Positions 38,301 to 50,979 are shown, numbered from the stretch's first letter. The stretch: DNA of 64,000 bases from Octopus vulgaris (GCA_951406725.2 OX597816.1:81468001-81532000); one strand, 5' to 3'. Notes: generated by a model from the sequence alone, not told the origin. Made by a program: numbers and translations.

Positions 38301-41300
38301 CTGGGAGCAGCCTGACAATGAATAAGGAACTATATGAACAGCAGAGCAAGTAATTTAATAACATTTTTGGCCTTTTATGTTCAAGCCTCAGTGGGATTTG
38401 AACTTTGCCCTCAAGATAGAGAAGTACCATAACACAATGAAGACAGTACAATTCATTGTGAAAATTAGTTTATTTAAGTAAAAGGATATATCTTTACTGG
38501 ATCTTGTATAAACAGTTTATTTATTTCTCTCATTTCAGGCAGGCAGTGCTGATGATGTTATTGAGCTTACAGATTCCAACTTTGAAGAGATGGTATTGAA
38601 GAGTGATGATATGTGGCTGGTTGAGTTCTTTGCTCCTTGGTGTGGCCATTGCAAGAATCTTGCACCTCACTGGCAAAGTGCAGCTACTGAATTGAAAGGC
38701 AAAGTTAAGTTAGGTGCTCTCGATGCTACTGTCCACACATTAACTTCTGAGAAATATGGTGTAAGTGTTTAATTTTTATATGCTCTATTCATCTTCTGTT
38801 GCAGCAAGGGATAGTCAAATGATGAACATCTGAGAAATCAGCTTTCCACACGCTAATCTATTAAAACCTTTTAACTATGAGATCATTTGTGCTTAGTATT
38901 GCTAGTTAATGGGACATTACCATTTAGTCTTTCAATGCTTATACTACAGTAAACTTTATTTCCTCATGCTACTTGTAAACAATTCAGTGTCTAGAATTGC
39001 ATTGTTTTTGTCATTAAGAAACATATTTTCTCATTACTCAGCTTCTTATCAAGTAATTGACTAATTTATGTTGCTTTTGGTTTATATGAAGTGTATGTTT
39101 TTTTCAGAATATAGTGATTATGTAATTGTATTGTGATAATGACTATAGTGCACCTGACCTAGGTACATTACTGTTACTCTAGTTTGTCAGAATTTGAACA
39201 AATCTGTCTCTAATCATAGATATGTGTTTCTTTTTCCTTTCAGATCCGTGGTTTCCCAACAATTAAGTTATTCCCAGCTGGTGTGAAAGATGGTGCTGCT
39301 CAAGAATTTGATGGTGGCCGGACATCTAGTGATATAGTTGCTTGGGCATTGGAAAAAGTAGCTGAGAATGTCCCTGCACCACCAGTCAATGAGGTAAGCT
39401 ACCCTAAACAAGCTCACTTTATTTTCTAGCATATATTGAATGATTTATGTTTGCAACTTGGAAGTAAGGAATGCATGATAAAGTATCTAACTACTAACAG
39501 CTGACAATGACTTTATCTAAAAACCTGCTGATTTAGGCATGTTGTTTATTTGAAACATGCTGCAAGAAAATCAGTTTATAAATACTTCAAATTTGTTTTT
39601 GTCAATCAGGTTCACTGTATTGAAATTACAAACTTTATAGTTCGATTTTTTAAAAATCTTCTAAGTTTATATTTTCTTTAGTAGAAACTTGCTGTGAGGT
39701 TTAAATAACTTATTTTTCTTAATACAAGCTTTATTCAAAAAAAGACCGTTCTTTATTAAATAATTAAGAGTGGCTTGGGTATCTAATATTTTTTAATACT
39801 AATGTTATGTCTTGTCTTCAGGTAATTACTGCCAGTGTGCTCAAAGATGCTTGTGAGAAAAGCCAGCTGTGTGTAATTTCCATCTTACCAGTCATCTATG
39901 ATTGCCAGTCAGATTGTAGAAACAATTTTATTTCCATAGTGCAAAAAATGTCAGAAAAATACAAGCGAAATCTTTGGGGGTAATTTTTTTTCTTTTTTTT
40001 CTCTTTAACTTTGATATGTGTAATGTCTCTAATCTCTCTAACCTTCCTTGTTATATTAGTTTCTTTATTGCATAACATCTATGGGGAGGAAAAGACTGAG
40101 CTTGCACGAACGAAACATTCCTTTTGATCAGTGGTGCATAATTCAAAATTTTATTTCCCTGTCTTGAATTAAAATAGACTGGATTTGTTGCCTTTTATTT
40201 TCACCTATTAGTTGGAAGTTTTATGTGGTTTTACACTCTTGAGAAAATATTTTAAGTTTTGAGATTTTATATAAATGTAGCTTCTTGAGAAAATTTTGCA
40301 GTATGTTTTGTCAAAACATTATTAATTACAATCATTGTTATAGTGTTAATGATTTAGGATGACCGACAAAATACTTTGTACTTAAAACTTCATCGCTATT
40401 TTCTGAGCTCAAATCCTGCTGGGCTTGACATGCTTTCATTCTTCTAGAATTGATAAAATAACTATCATTCTGATATTATTGATATAATGAATTATACCCT
40501 CTCCCCAAATTCAAACGCTCTACCTCTTAACAGGACATTTTACATATCTAAAAAAAAATGCAATAATCTCTGTGAATCTTTTCAATGTATGCTGGCGTAG
40601 AAAGCTTATACTTCAAATTAATCTTGCTTTTCTAATTATAATTTTTTACTTATTTAACATCTGAAATTTCCAGTAATTTTGAACTATATTTCTCCGCTTC
40701 ACTTCTCTTAATTTTAATCCTCTTTTATTTTCTCTTTCAGATGGGTATGGGCTGAAGCTGGATCCCAACCCCAGTTAGAAGAAGCATTTGGTATTGGAGG
40801 GTTTGGCTACCCTGTGAGTAATTTGACCTATTATTTCAACATCAACCTTTGATTAAAATCTGTTTCAAAACTCTTGTATAGAAAAATATACATTAACGCA
40901 TTATACCACCAACAAATTTGTAGACTTATCAATTGCATTCAAGATGTCATCAGCCTACTTTTGATAAATGAAATCTTTGTATAAAATATAATGAATAAAA
41001 TAGAGTACATGCAAGATAAACACTGCTAAGCATCAGCTGCTTGTGATGAGAGTGGAAGATAACCATGTTTAAGGAAGATCATGAATGCAAATCTGGGAAT
41101 GTTTCCCTTATTCAATGAGATGATTAGTGTCAAAAAAAGTGGTCATGTGCCATGTTGATGATTTTAAACCAGCATGAAATTGATACATTAAAACAATAAT
41201 TATAATTAAATATATTTCTAAATATCAATTCATTACATTTTTTTTACCAATGTCAACCATTAAACTCTCCTGAAATCTTTATGAAAATTTAACTTTTGAA

Positions 41301-44300
41301 AGAAATGTCTTGTCTAACTTATGAAATTTATCAAAGAAATTTGAAGAAACCAAGATACTAATTCTAACAAGTTGATATGCCATACATTTTTAAAAATAGT
41401 TTTTTGCTAAAATGTTTGACTTTGTTTAAGCACAATCCATTATAAAATGCTCAAAAGTCTGCTTTGAAGTGAAAGAACAGATTAGGATAATTTGTTTATA
41501 AAAAATAAAAATGTAAATATTTTAGTATAATGTTTGAAATTCAACTTACTCAGAGATAAATTGCAGCCTCTTTGTGATTATATTCTGACTTTAGCCTTTC
41601 TTCCATATAGTTTGCATATTATATGTCATAAATACTGTTTGCAGATGCATTTAAGATGAGGGGAATGAATTTATCAGAAATGTCAGTTATCTTTAATATT
41701 GTCTTGGGTCATAGCAATGTGTTTCTATGATCTATGTCTAGAACATTGATTAACTGGTGCATTGAAATTATTATTCCTGATTGACAATATAGATGTGTGT
41801 GTCTTCGTGCTTTGACATCGATTATTGTAAATGATTGTCATACAAACAGTCATTCATTTCCAATACTCTGTGAGAACATGTCTGGCCATGGAGGAATATT
41901 ACATTTCTTGAAATAGGTGAGGGTTGGCAACAGGAAGGGGATCTGGCTGTAGAAAATCTGCCTCAGTAAACTCCATGCAACCATGGAAAAATGAATGCTA
42001 AAATCATGATTTTATATGTATTTATGAGGCTGTATTGAATCCTATTTATGTAATAGTTTTTATTTTTACATGTGCCCTTGTTGTAGTTATATGCTCTACA
42101 TACTCAATTATTTGCCATTGTGTTTGGGTGTGTTAGTGCATGTTATCAAAATGATACAATTTGCATGTCAATTTAAAGAGTTAAGCAAAATTGTATTTGC
42201 TACAAGTTAATTTATCTAAAAGTAAAGTTATTGAGAAAACATTGTTGGGTAAAATTTATACATGATTAGAACTTTGTTTTCAGGCAATGGTTGCTTTGAA
42301 CTACCGTAGTATGAAATATTCTCCACTTAAAGGATCATTCTCAGCAACAGGGTTGAATGAATTTTTCAGGTAAGTTGAAACCAATTTATTTTGGGTGAGA
42401 TGGATTTTGTTGATATAATTATACATTTTATCAGTGTGGAAATCTGAGCTTGTATGTTTTTAATTATCCAGATCAGCTAAAAAGTACATTGCTCATTTTC
42501 AGTAGAAATAAAGGAGAAATATAATAATAGTCAGTTATGGGTGGGGGTCTATTTTGTAATTTTGAAATTTATTTTGTGTTACTATGTGAACAAGTTAATG
42601 TCATGCCAAGTGTAATAAAAACTGATTTGGATATTTACACTACACTAGTTACAGTCGGACTCGTGTCTTAACTTCACATTCCTTAAGCCTTTTTCTTCTT
42701 TTTTTCACCCCCCTGATGTATAATGATGTTTTACAGAGACTTGCTGTATGGAAAGTCTTCAACTGTTCCACTTCGAAATGCCAAACTACCTGAAATTTTG
42801 AATATTGATGCATGGGATGGGCAAGACAAAGAAGTATGTATATCATTTCTGCTTTATTCCCTTATTAAATTGTTACCTCAAGTTTGAAATATTTTTAGAT
42901 GAAATGTCCTAATTTAAATGCCAAACATTAGTTGGAAAATGAAGTAGATATTTAGAAATTTATACTTTGTGTTGCATTCTCACAGCAAATAAAAAGCAAG
43001 CTATGTGTAAAATTAAAAAGATCTTGTATATAGTGCAAATAAGTTACTGCCTAGCATCACCCTACCATTAGTGAGTACTATAAGTATAAGGTAATAGATA
43101 GCAGTGTGTATAACATGTATGTATACGCAAACCTCGAAGAATGTTGGCTTGCATTTGTCTATTAATTATTGAGGCAGAGAGCTGGCAGGATCATTAGCAA
43201 ACTAGATCAAATGCTTAGCGGCATATGTTCTGGTTTCAAATATTGTTGAGTTTGATTTTCATCCTCTTGGGGTCAATGGAATAAGTATTGGTTGAACACT
43301 AGTGTCAAAAATAGTGGTCATGTGCCATGTTGATAATTTTAAACCAGCATGAAATTGATACATTAAAACAATAATTATAATTAAATATATTTCTAAATAT
43401 CAATTCATTACATTTTTTTTACCAATGTCAACCATTAAACTCTCCTGAAATCTTTATGAACATTTAACTGGAAAGCAATTGCAATCAACTTTTGAAAGAA
43501 ATGTCTAACTTATGAAATTTATCAAAGAAACCAAGATACAAATTCTGTGCCTATAGTAGAAAGGATTGATGTTGTTGTGAATGTAGCTAACAATCAGATT
43601 GTCGTATTACACTTTAAAATGTTTTCAAAGTTAATAATTAATTTAGAGATAAGACTAAAAACTGTACAAATGCATCTGCTGCTCCCTTTGTCTCCAGTAC
43701 CCATGTAAGATTTTCTAATGCTGAACTGGGTAAGGTGTTTAGCATAGAATATGGAAAGTGCACAGTAATATGCTTGAGTGAGCCATGTGGCCTTGATCAG
43801 CTGGCTGGTTCAGAAAAGTGACCATTATTGTAGTGAAATGAGATGGATGTAAAGGTATATCTGTAGGCTAAAAATTAAGATTATCTTTTCTGTTGTGGCA
43901 TGTCCATTTTTTTGAGAAGTGTTGAGATTATCTGTCCCTCATTTTGAAGCAGAGATAATTTCAAATCAATCAAAAATCTGTATTATGCTATGTATTACTG
44001 TCTGTTTTGTCCGTTATGCTTACACGAATGGAGGAAAGCTTTATATTCTGCATTTGTGTGTTGAAATCACAAGCACAGTCAAAATGTTTAACATAGTGAA
44101 ACAATATCATGAAGATTTATAAAATTGTGTTTTAAATTATGCTTTGGAATTTGTATTCATTGTCTAGATGTGGTCCTTCTATAATTTCTCTTATCCTTTG
44201 ATTTAACTTGCAATGAGCATTTCTTAATACAGTCCATATATTGTGAAGTATACTTAAAAACATATTTTATAAGAAAATTTTTCTCTATATATATAGAGAG

Positions 44301-45325
44301 AGAGACAATATACAGAAATGTTTTATTTTAATTCATCTTTTATTTCCTTAAACTATAAAGCACACATCTGTCAAACATTAAAAAAAGGGAAATAATTGGG
44401 ACCTAAGTGTTCATCTTGATTATATTAGAGAGTACAGATTTGATAAAATGGCAGGATTTCAAAAGAATTTTTTGAAATTCCTTGTGTTTAACCCTTTAGC
44501 ATTTAAACCGGCCGTATCCGGCCAAAAGTATTCTGCCTGTTTTATGTTCAAACTGGCCAGATCTGGTCTCTCACACCAACCCTACAATATTGTTTTAAAA
44601 ATTACCAGCTACCTCATCAAAATCTCAAAGCTATAAGATAATGCCTGATTAATTCAAGGCAATGTGGATGAAAAAGCATTAATTTTGGTAGAATAATGCG
44701 AACACTAAAGGGTTAATAAAGCATATTTTCAAATATGCTGACTTACACTGAAATTTCCACAGGTCCTGCTAGTTTTAAATGATAGGAAGGGCATCCAGCT
44801 GTAGAAACTCTGCCAGATCAATATTGGAGCCTGGTGCAGCCATCTGGTTCACCAGCCCTCAGTCAAATTGTCCAACCCATGCTAGCATGGAAAGCAGATG
44901 TTAAACAATGATGATCATCATCATGATTCTTATCTAGTGTAAGAAAAGAAGTTTTAATACCCTTAAAACCAATAAGAAATTTATCCTGAAGTAAAGGTTT
45001 TATAAGCAAGATTTCAACGGAATTGTTAAATCAGGTATTAAAATTGTGAATTGAAGTCATAAGATTTTTATATCTTATACTGGCTCAGGCCATGTATGGC
45101 TGTTAACAAGGGTCTGATACAACAGTAGATAAGTCAATCTTGATCTAGCAACTGAGTATCTAAATTTTAAAATTAGTGTTTTTTTGGAAAGCACATTTCT
45201 TGTTTGTTTTTTCTTTGAATACATCTTTGTATTTCTTTCTCTTACAGCTTCCTCAAGAAGAAGACATTGATTTAAGTGATGTAGAATTAGATGATCTTGA
45301 CAGCAAGCCCAAATCTGAACTATGA
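23190..45325 (+). CDS. PDIA6: Protein disulfide-isomerase A6 (P5/CaBP1), 12 coding exons, 440 aa
   Basis: Exons join in phase with GT-AG introns (22+124+58+127+128+222+150+158+73+86+97+78 = 1323 nt incl. stop); two [18 protein letters not shown] sites, GFPT motifs, [15 protein letters not shown], acidic tail [16 protein letters not shown]-stop. Confidence 0.97.
25156..25427. mobile_element. hAT (Charlie-like) MITE
   Basis: TIRs CTGTGCTACTCAAA / TTTGAGAAGCACTG; 8-bp flanks CCCTAAAT / CTCTAAAC (degenerate TSD matching the NTCTARAN preference). Confidence 0.8.
26113..26346 (+). mobile_element. tRNA-derived SINE (family also at 38060-38215, 43172-43300, and 30300-30425 on minus)
   Basis: GGCGAGCTGGCAGAAACGTTAGCA...GAGTTCAAATTC A/B-box-like head shared between copies. 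Confidence 0.8.
28037..28160 (+). CDS. PDIA6: PDIA6 exon 2 (signal peptide end to FYAPW)
   Basis: TTTTAG acceptor; [41 protein letters not shown]; GTATGA donor. Confidence 0.95.
29346..29881. mobile_element. Penelope-like/retrozyme-like composite insertion with inverted, circularly permuted unit and 12-bp TSD
   Basis: Flanks TAAATGAGATTT (29334-29345) / TAGATGAGATTT (29882-29893); 29345-29500 inverted with 29683-29837; 29648-29680 inverted with 29850-29882; hammerhead motif inside. Confidence 0.75.
29503..29547 (-). ncRNA. Putative minimal type I hammerhead ribozyme
   Basis: Minus strand TGTGCC CTGATGA CAGGTCAATAACCA GAAAC CCGG GTC TGTGCA: intact core, 3-bp stem II, palindromic stem III (ACCCGGGT), 5-bp stem I with two G-U pairs and a 1.1 mismatch. 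Confidence 0.6.
30728..30785 (+). CDS. PDIA6: PDIA6 exon 3 (first CGHC active site)
   Basis: TTTTTAG | G TGT GGA CAT TGC ... TTA AAG | GTAAGC. Confidence 0.97.
30797..30918 (+). mobile_element. Abundant SINE/LINE-tail family ending in (ATG)n, + copy
   Basis: TGGCATTAGG.AAGG..ATCCAGC..TAGAAAC...ACGTTAAATGATGATG; related copies at 34340-34708, 44783-44925, 47170-47368, 48590-48750, 49190-49728, 62921-63097, 63543-63727 (+) and 31035-31200, 31935-32090, 52645-52800, 53325-53600 (-). Confidence 0.85.
32394..32437 (-). ncRNA. Putative minimal type I hammerhead ribozyme (Penelope-type), slightly degenerate
   Basis: Minus strand AAAACTGT CCGACGA ATGGGAATGT GAAAC CGA GTA ACAGTTTT: perfect 8-bp stem I, core with U4->C, weak 3-bp stem II, minimal stem III. 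Confidence 0.65.
34761..34887 (+). CDS. PDIA6: PDIA6 exon 4
   Basis: [42 protein letters not shown]; AG/GT boundaries in phase. Confidence 0.97.
35290..36050 (+). mobile_element. Highly decayed RTE-like LINE fragment (same type as 19128-20235)
   Basis: [25 protein letters not shown] and ERNE remnants. Confidence 0.6.
36628..36755 (+). CDS. PDIA6: PDIA6 exon 5 (Gly-rich interdomain linker)
   Basis: [43 protein letters not shown]. Confidence 0.95.
38539..38760 (+). CDS. PDIA6: PDIA6 exon 6 (second WCGHC site)
   Basis: [74 protein letters not shown]; GTAAGT donor. Confidence 0.98.
39244..39393 (+). CDS. PDIA6: PDIA6 exon 7
   Basis: [50 protein letters not shown]. Confidence 0.97.
39822..39979 (+). 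CDS. PDIA6: PDIA6 exon 8
   Basis: [53 protein letters not shown]. Confidence 0.95.
40741..40813 (+). CDS. PDIA6: PDIA6 exon 9
   Basis: [24 protein letters not shown]; GTGAGT donor. Confidence 0.97.
41125..41365 (+). repeat. ~240-bp intronic direct duplication, copy 1 (copy 2 at 43300-43546)
   Basis: TAGTGTCAAAAA.AGTGGTCATGTGCCATGTTGAT...AAACTCTCCTGAAATCTTTATGAA...GAAACCAAGATAC.AATTCT nearly identical in both places. Confidence 0.93.
42284..42369 (+). CDS. PDIA6: PDIA6 exon 10
   Basis: [29 protein letters not shown]. Confidence 0.96.
42737..42833 (+). CDS. PDIA6: PDIA6 exon 11
   Basis: [32 protein letters not shown]. Confidence 0.96.
44492..44712. mobile_element. TTAA-targeting MITE (piggyBac-like), 221 bp
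   Basis: TTAA|CCCTTTAGCATT ... AACACTAAAGGG|TTAA; a decayed reverse copy lies near 35110-35287. Confidence 0.85.
45248..45325 (+). CDS. PDIA6: PDIA6 exon 12 (acidic tail, KSEL stop)
   Basis: [25 protein letters not shown]. Confidence 0.97.
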   Translation, partial: LPQEEDIDLSDVELDDLDSKPKSEL

Positions 45326-46057
45326 GTTGTCAGCCAGCTATTTTTTTCTTAAAGGAAGTTGCAGGGCAGATTTGATGATCTCTTTTAAAACAGCTCTAGT
45401 GCCAAGACTGTTTTTCAATGCTGTTTTGCTTCAAACAACACCAAATGGTTGTGTATATTTTTAATTACATTTTCATCTTAAAAATATACAAACCAAATAA
45501 ATAGCTCAATCCTCTGCCTTTTCCTTCTGTTTGAGAGTAATTATAATCTGAAATTTTCCTTAGAAAATGGCTGAAAGCTGTTAATTTTCTTGACAAAATT
45601 TTTATCTATTATAATGTGGTTGTTATTATTTCTAATTTTAACAAGCAATATTCTACATCAGATCTAAGACTACATGGGCATTTACATAAGACAGACTGAA
45701 GAAAACCTTTTTTATTGTTTTTCTTTATTCTTTACCTTATTGATCTGCCTTGTCATCTGTCTCTAACTCTTCCTTGCAACCAGTTTCAAGACATTCAGCA
45801 TCATCTTGTTTTCTGTCCACTGACGTTTGTGTCCTTATGTGTATTGTTTATATACATATGTATGTATATATTGTGTCATTTGTTCGTTTTTGTTTTTTTT
45901 TCCCCATTCAATGTTTACATCATTTTTTCTTTTTTTGTGTCCAGTTGTCTTAAAATTCTGTATAGATCTTATGTGCTGGCTCAGTTGCCAACAATATCAT
46001 TTCAGCCTGGACTTCAACAAACCTCGTATCAAGTGCTATGTACTTGCTCATTTACTG

Positions 46058-46063
46058 AATAAA
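46058..46063 (+). terminator. Candidate PDIA6 polyadenylation signal
   Basis: AATAAA followed about 35 nt later by GT-rich CTCTGTCTTTGTGTTT; alternative AATAAA at 45496-45501. Confidence 0.55.
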
Positions 46064-48774
46064 TTTGGTATAAAAAGCCTATTCTTTCTTTGATAACTCT
46101 GTCTTTGTGTTTATCATTTGCCCAAATATGTAACGATATTATTTCCTAATAAAATCATTACCAACTTAGCTTATATTAACAACTATCATAAAACGAAAGG
46201 CAAGCAACATCTGAATTAAATCTTTGAAACTCTCATAGTCTTTACATTACTAATGCCCTCTGGAAAAGCTTAAACATCATAACTTCCCTTACTGCCTCTC
46301 CACTCATCCTAAAATATAAAACTTTTATTCTACAAAGACGAAATATTAAGCTAGATAACTGACAAATAAAAGTTAATATATTAAACTAAATTCATTACTG
46401 TATAACAGTTTCTTAATAGGTCTTATTTCATGCTCAGTATGCCATGAAGTGAGAAAGATTGGGAATCACTGAGCATAGCTTGTGTTAATTTACTCTGACA
46501 TTTCTAGGTAATTCAAACTAAATTTCATATACTGTATTCATACAGGTTTACATTAAATATTTCATGTAATTTATGATCAAACTATATATCACAATTTTTT
46601 CCTCCCATCTGTATACATCTTAAGAGATGTGATAGTCACAGTTCTTGGGCTTAAACAAGTGAGAGCAGGTATGGACATTTGGTGAAAGTTTTTTTTCAAA
46701 ATCATGTGGCTCCAGGTTCAAAAACCACTTAGCAGAACATTGTGAAAATGGGTTATCAAAAACCAAATATTTTTGGTACTTGACAAGTTGTGACTTCTTC
46801 CTTTTTTTTCTTCCCTTCCCCAACCAGTCTCTGGAGTTAAGAGATAGGTGAAAAACATGGACTTTCTAAATAGAATATGAACTGTATATACTTGTAAAGT
46901 GGTTAGAGCATCGGGGTCACAATCATGAGGTAGTGAGTTTGATTCTTGGACAGGACTGTGTTGTGTTCTTGAGCAAGACACTTTATTTCACATTGCTACA
47001 GTTCACTCAGCTGTAGAAATGAGTTGTGACATCACTGATGCCAAGCTGTATTGGCCTTTGCCTTTCCCTTGGATAACATCAGTGGCATGGAGAGGGGAGG
47101 CTGGTATGCATGAGTAACTGCTAGTCTTCCAAAAATAACCTTGCCAGGAATTGTGCCTGCCAGCCTCGTCTGGCACCTGTGTCGGTGGCACATAAAATCA
47201 CCCACTACACTCTCGGAGTGGTTGGCGTTAGGAAGGGCATCCAGCTGTAGAAACACTGCCAGATCTGACTGGCCTGGTGCAGCCTTCGGGCTTGCCAGAC
47301 CCCAGTTGAACCGTCCAACCCATGCTAGCATGGAAAGCGGACGTTAAACGATGATGATGATGATGATGAGGGGAACTTTCTAGGTGCAACCCCATGGTCA
47401 TTCATGACTGTAAACATTTGTGCTGAACCAACTGAAAAGGATGTAGCTTTTCTAGCAAGAGACACCTTATTTAGAAGTCCTGGTTACTCCCAAATCACAA
47501 ACAACCTTGTCTAGTGTTAAGAGGATTTTGTGTTCAGAAAAACAATCCTTTGTGCATTTAGGCCAAGCAAAAATAACTTCATTCTATCAATTTGAACACC
47601 ACCTCAACCAAGCCCTTGAGTGCTTTTAGTGGAGCTTCCTTTTAATACAAAAATGCAGAATAAGCTTCCAACCAGATGACAATAATCTATTGATGTTCTG
47701 ACTTCCATTGTACTTACTTTTTCGTAATACCACACTGATTGTCAAAAAGGCGCACTGGAAAAAGTGTCCCTGATAAAAGTTTGCTACTAGATAGGTCAGG
47801 GACCCAGCCCTGTAAATAATACCATGGGTAGCTGGCATATAATATGTATTCTCCATGATTTGTGACTGGTGTTCCAGAGAGCAATCAATTTTGAGAAACC
47901 CTACCTGTACTTACCAACATCCTGGTGAGCTACCTACCAAAATTAAAGTAATAGTTAGCCACAGCTTATGACTGGTATCCCCTCCTCCATCATCGAATAA
48001 TAAATGAAATAAAAGTTATTTATAAATTTCATAGAAAAAAACCGTTCAACCAGATTGGTTTCAATCCTGTACTGGGATTTTTTAAATGAATTAGATAGAC
48101 CAATTTGTCCATAAAACACATTCTTGGCAGGTCAAGAAATAAATTACTGGTGTATTAGCATTTTGTTTCAATGCTATAGTGTGCTGCAGAATGCCAAAAG
48201 GTTTTTAGCTAATTCTGTAAAAGACACCTTGCTTGTTTATACAATATCTTTGTTTAGTCATTAATAAAATCACAAAACACTTGATATTAGTCCAGTTGGT
48301 CCCGCGTTTTCTACATGTGCATAAAGAATGTTTACATCTATTTCTACACATAGTGTTGGCTAAAATCTAAATGTATATTTTGCAGTATAACAGCATTAAA
48401 TATATGACTACAGATCGCTTGAATTATAACATATCTAATATACTTAATTTCTGAAACCAAATAACGCCATCCCTGAAGAGTTCAGCTTCAGTGTTACTCA
48501 CATTTCATATCATTATATTGACGTTACTAACTTACGTGATTTTGTTAGGAAAAAAAAGGGAGAGGCAAGGTAGATGAGATCAGGAGTTTGTCACATGCCA
48601 GTGCCACATTAAAAGCACCCAAAACACACTGTAAGGTGGTTGGCATTAGGAAGAGCGTCCAGCCATAGAAACCAAACCAAATATAACTAGAACTTGGTGC
48701 AGCTGTCCTGCTTGCCAGCATAGAGAACAGACGTTAAAAGATGATGGTGAAGCGAGTTATCTAGAAATAATTTC

Positions 48775-49149
48775 AACTAAATGTCACAGATGCCTAGGAC
48801 TCCAAACCTGCCATCAAGATGTAGGACAAGATTCTGTGATAGCCTGGGCTTCCGAGGCCCACAGCTCTTCAATATCCTCCCGAAGAACCTGAGAGACCTG
48901 CATGGGGTGGATACAGATGTCTTTAAAATGAAGCTGGATCTCTTCCTGTCAGGTGTCCCAGATGAACCAACTTCACGGCAGGAGGGGCAGATGAGGGCAG
49001 CTGCATCGAACTCTCTCATGCACCAAATAGCAGTTGCTAGAAAGCCTCCATGAAGTGAAACCAAGTAGCAACACCAAATGGTGGTGCCCCAGCATGGCCA
49101 CAGCTCATAAGCTGAAACTAGAATCAATCAATCAATCAATCAATCAATC
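48775..49149 (+). mobile_element. CR1/L2-group LINE extreme 3' fragment with (TCAA)n tail
   Basis: SLGFRGPQLFNILPKNLRDL...FKMKLDLFLSGVPDEP...AASNSL, a typical LINE ORF2 C-terminus. Confidence 0.85.
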
Positions 49150-49901
49150 ATACCAGCTTTTCAGAGAATTATAGTACTATTATATCAAAATCAAATTCGA
49201 TAACTGGCATCCGTGCTAGCAGGGTGCAAAGAGCACCATACGAGTGTGATCGTTGACAGAGCAGCTAACCAGCCTCCGTGCCAGTGGCACATAAAAAGCA
49301 CCATTTGAGTGTGATCGTTACCAGCGTCGCCTTACTGACACTCAAGCCCCGTGCTAGTAGGGTGTTAAGAGCACCATTCGAGCATGATTGTTGCCAGAGT
49401 GGCTATCTGGCCTCTGTGCCAGTGGCATGTAAAAGGTACCATTCGAGCATGATCGTTACCAGCATCGCCTTACTGGCACCTGTGCCAGTGGCATGTGTAA
49501 AAGATTCAAGTGAGCTCGTTGCCAGTACTGCCTGACTGGCTCTGTGCCGGTGGCACATAAAAGCACCCACTACACTCTCAGAGTAGTTGGTGTTAGGAAG
49601 GGCATCCAGCTGTAGAAACTCTGCCAGATCAAGATTGAAGCCTGGTGCAGCCATCTGGTTCGCCAGCCCTCAGTCAAATCGTCTAACCCATGCTAGCATG
49701 GAAAGGGGACATTAAACGATGATGATGATATGTTCACCAGTATAGTAATATTAGTTACTTATCCACAAAATCTAAGTAGAGATAAGGAATAGCTTTGGGA
49801 GCCTTGTGTAGATGATCATCTAGGAGATATTAGCAAAATAGACACTAAATTAATTTGACTGCTTTTTAAACACAACAACAACAGTAACCAACAACAATCT
49901 G

Positions 49902-49907
49902 TTTATT
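49902..49907 (-). terminator. Candidate polyadenylation signal of the minus-strand gene
   Basis: AATAAA on minus strand followed by GT-rich TTGTTGTTGGTTACTGTTGTTGTG, about 1.07 kb after the stop. Confidence 0.4.
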
Positions 49908-50979
49908 CTCTACTGATCTTGGTAAAATGAATAACGCCTCAGAGAAACTTTGCACAATTTGTCAGACTAAAAATATATTTTTAAAAAAAATAGAAAAAAG
50001 GCCATGTTAGATCATCATTTGGACAACTAACTGAGAGGTCTTGAACAAAAATTTGTTTTAAAAAGCCATATGATTTGATAAACTGCCTATTTTAGAATTG
50101 ATGAATAAAAAACAAACCAAATGATGTACAGATGAAATTGATGCAAACAAATAAGATTAATTCTTGGTTTGTGTTCTAATCTGAAATTTGTGCAGTAAAA
50201 TCCTGTTTTGTTTTGTTATATATTTTTTTACCATTTTGATTTTTGTTTGCAAGATCAAAGCAGACACGAACAAAATAAAAAAAAAACACAGCCACAAACA
50301 CAAAGCAAAACTAATGATTAACTTTGTGTTAAGTTAAACAGCAAAACAAATATAATAAAAGCTGTGTTTGATATAAAGTATATGAGCCTCAACAAGAGAT
50401 GAAGAGCCAGCAAGCAGAAAGTAAGACAGCAGGACATAATTCTTTACTTTTTCTTTTTTTCTTTTTTCTTTTTGTTAACAATTCAAGCACTGATTCTTAT
50501 AATGCACAATTTAACTGAACAAATAGTTGTACTGCTCCAAACTTCATATATAAATGAAAATTCACACACGTACATACTTGCATGTGTGTATATGTATGGC
50601 TATATATATATATACACACACACAGTAAGACACACTGATCTCGCGCTCTCTCTTTTTATACATACACACACACATCTACATAAATACATAACATTCATCC
50701 AGGTTAGATCAACACTGGTGTGATTAATCTATATAGTAATATTAGCCATTGTTCAGCTTCATAAAGCCATGGGAGAAGGAAAAAGACACATGTGTCCCAG
50801 GCACAAGTGTGTTTATGTCAGTGTACAGTCAATTTATCGCCACTACCATCAATCAAGACGAGTTGCACCGTAGTTGTTACCCCATATAAACATCTAATGT
50901 GGGGATAAAAATAAATAAAATGAAGGGCCTAGCAATAGGTGGAAAACTGAAGTTGTCATTCACATCTGCAGCATTATGT

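Noticed and set aside
38535-38546. Tandem CAG acceptors (CAG GCAG GCAG) at exon 6
   Set aside because: 4-nt spacing would frameshift; only the first keeps the frame.
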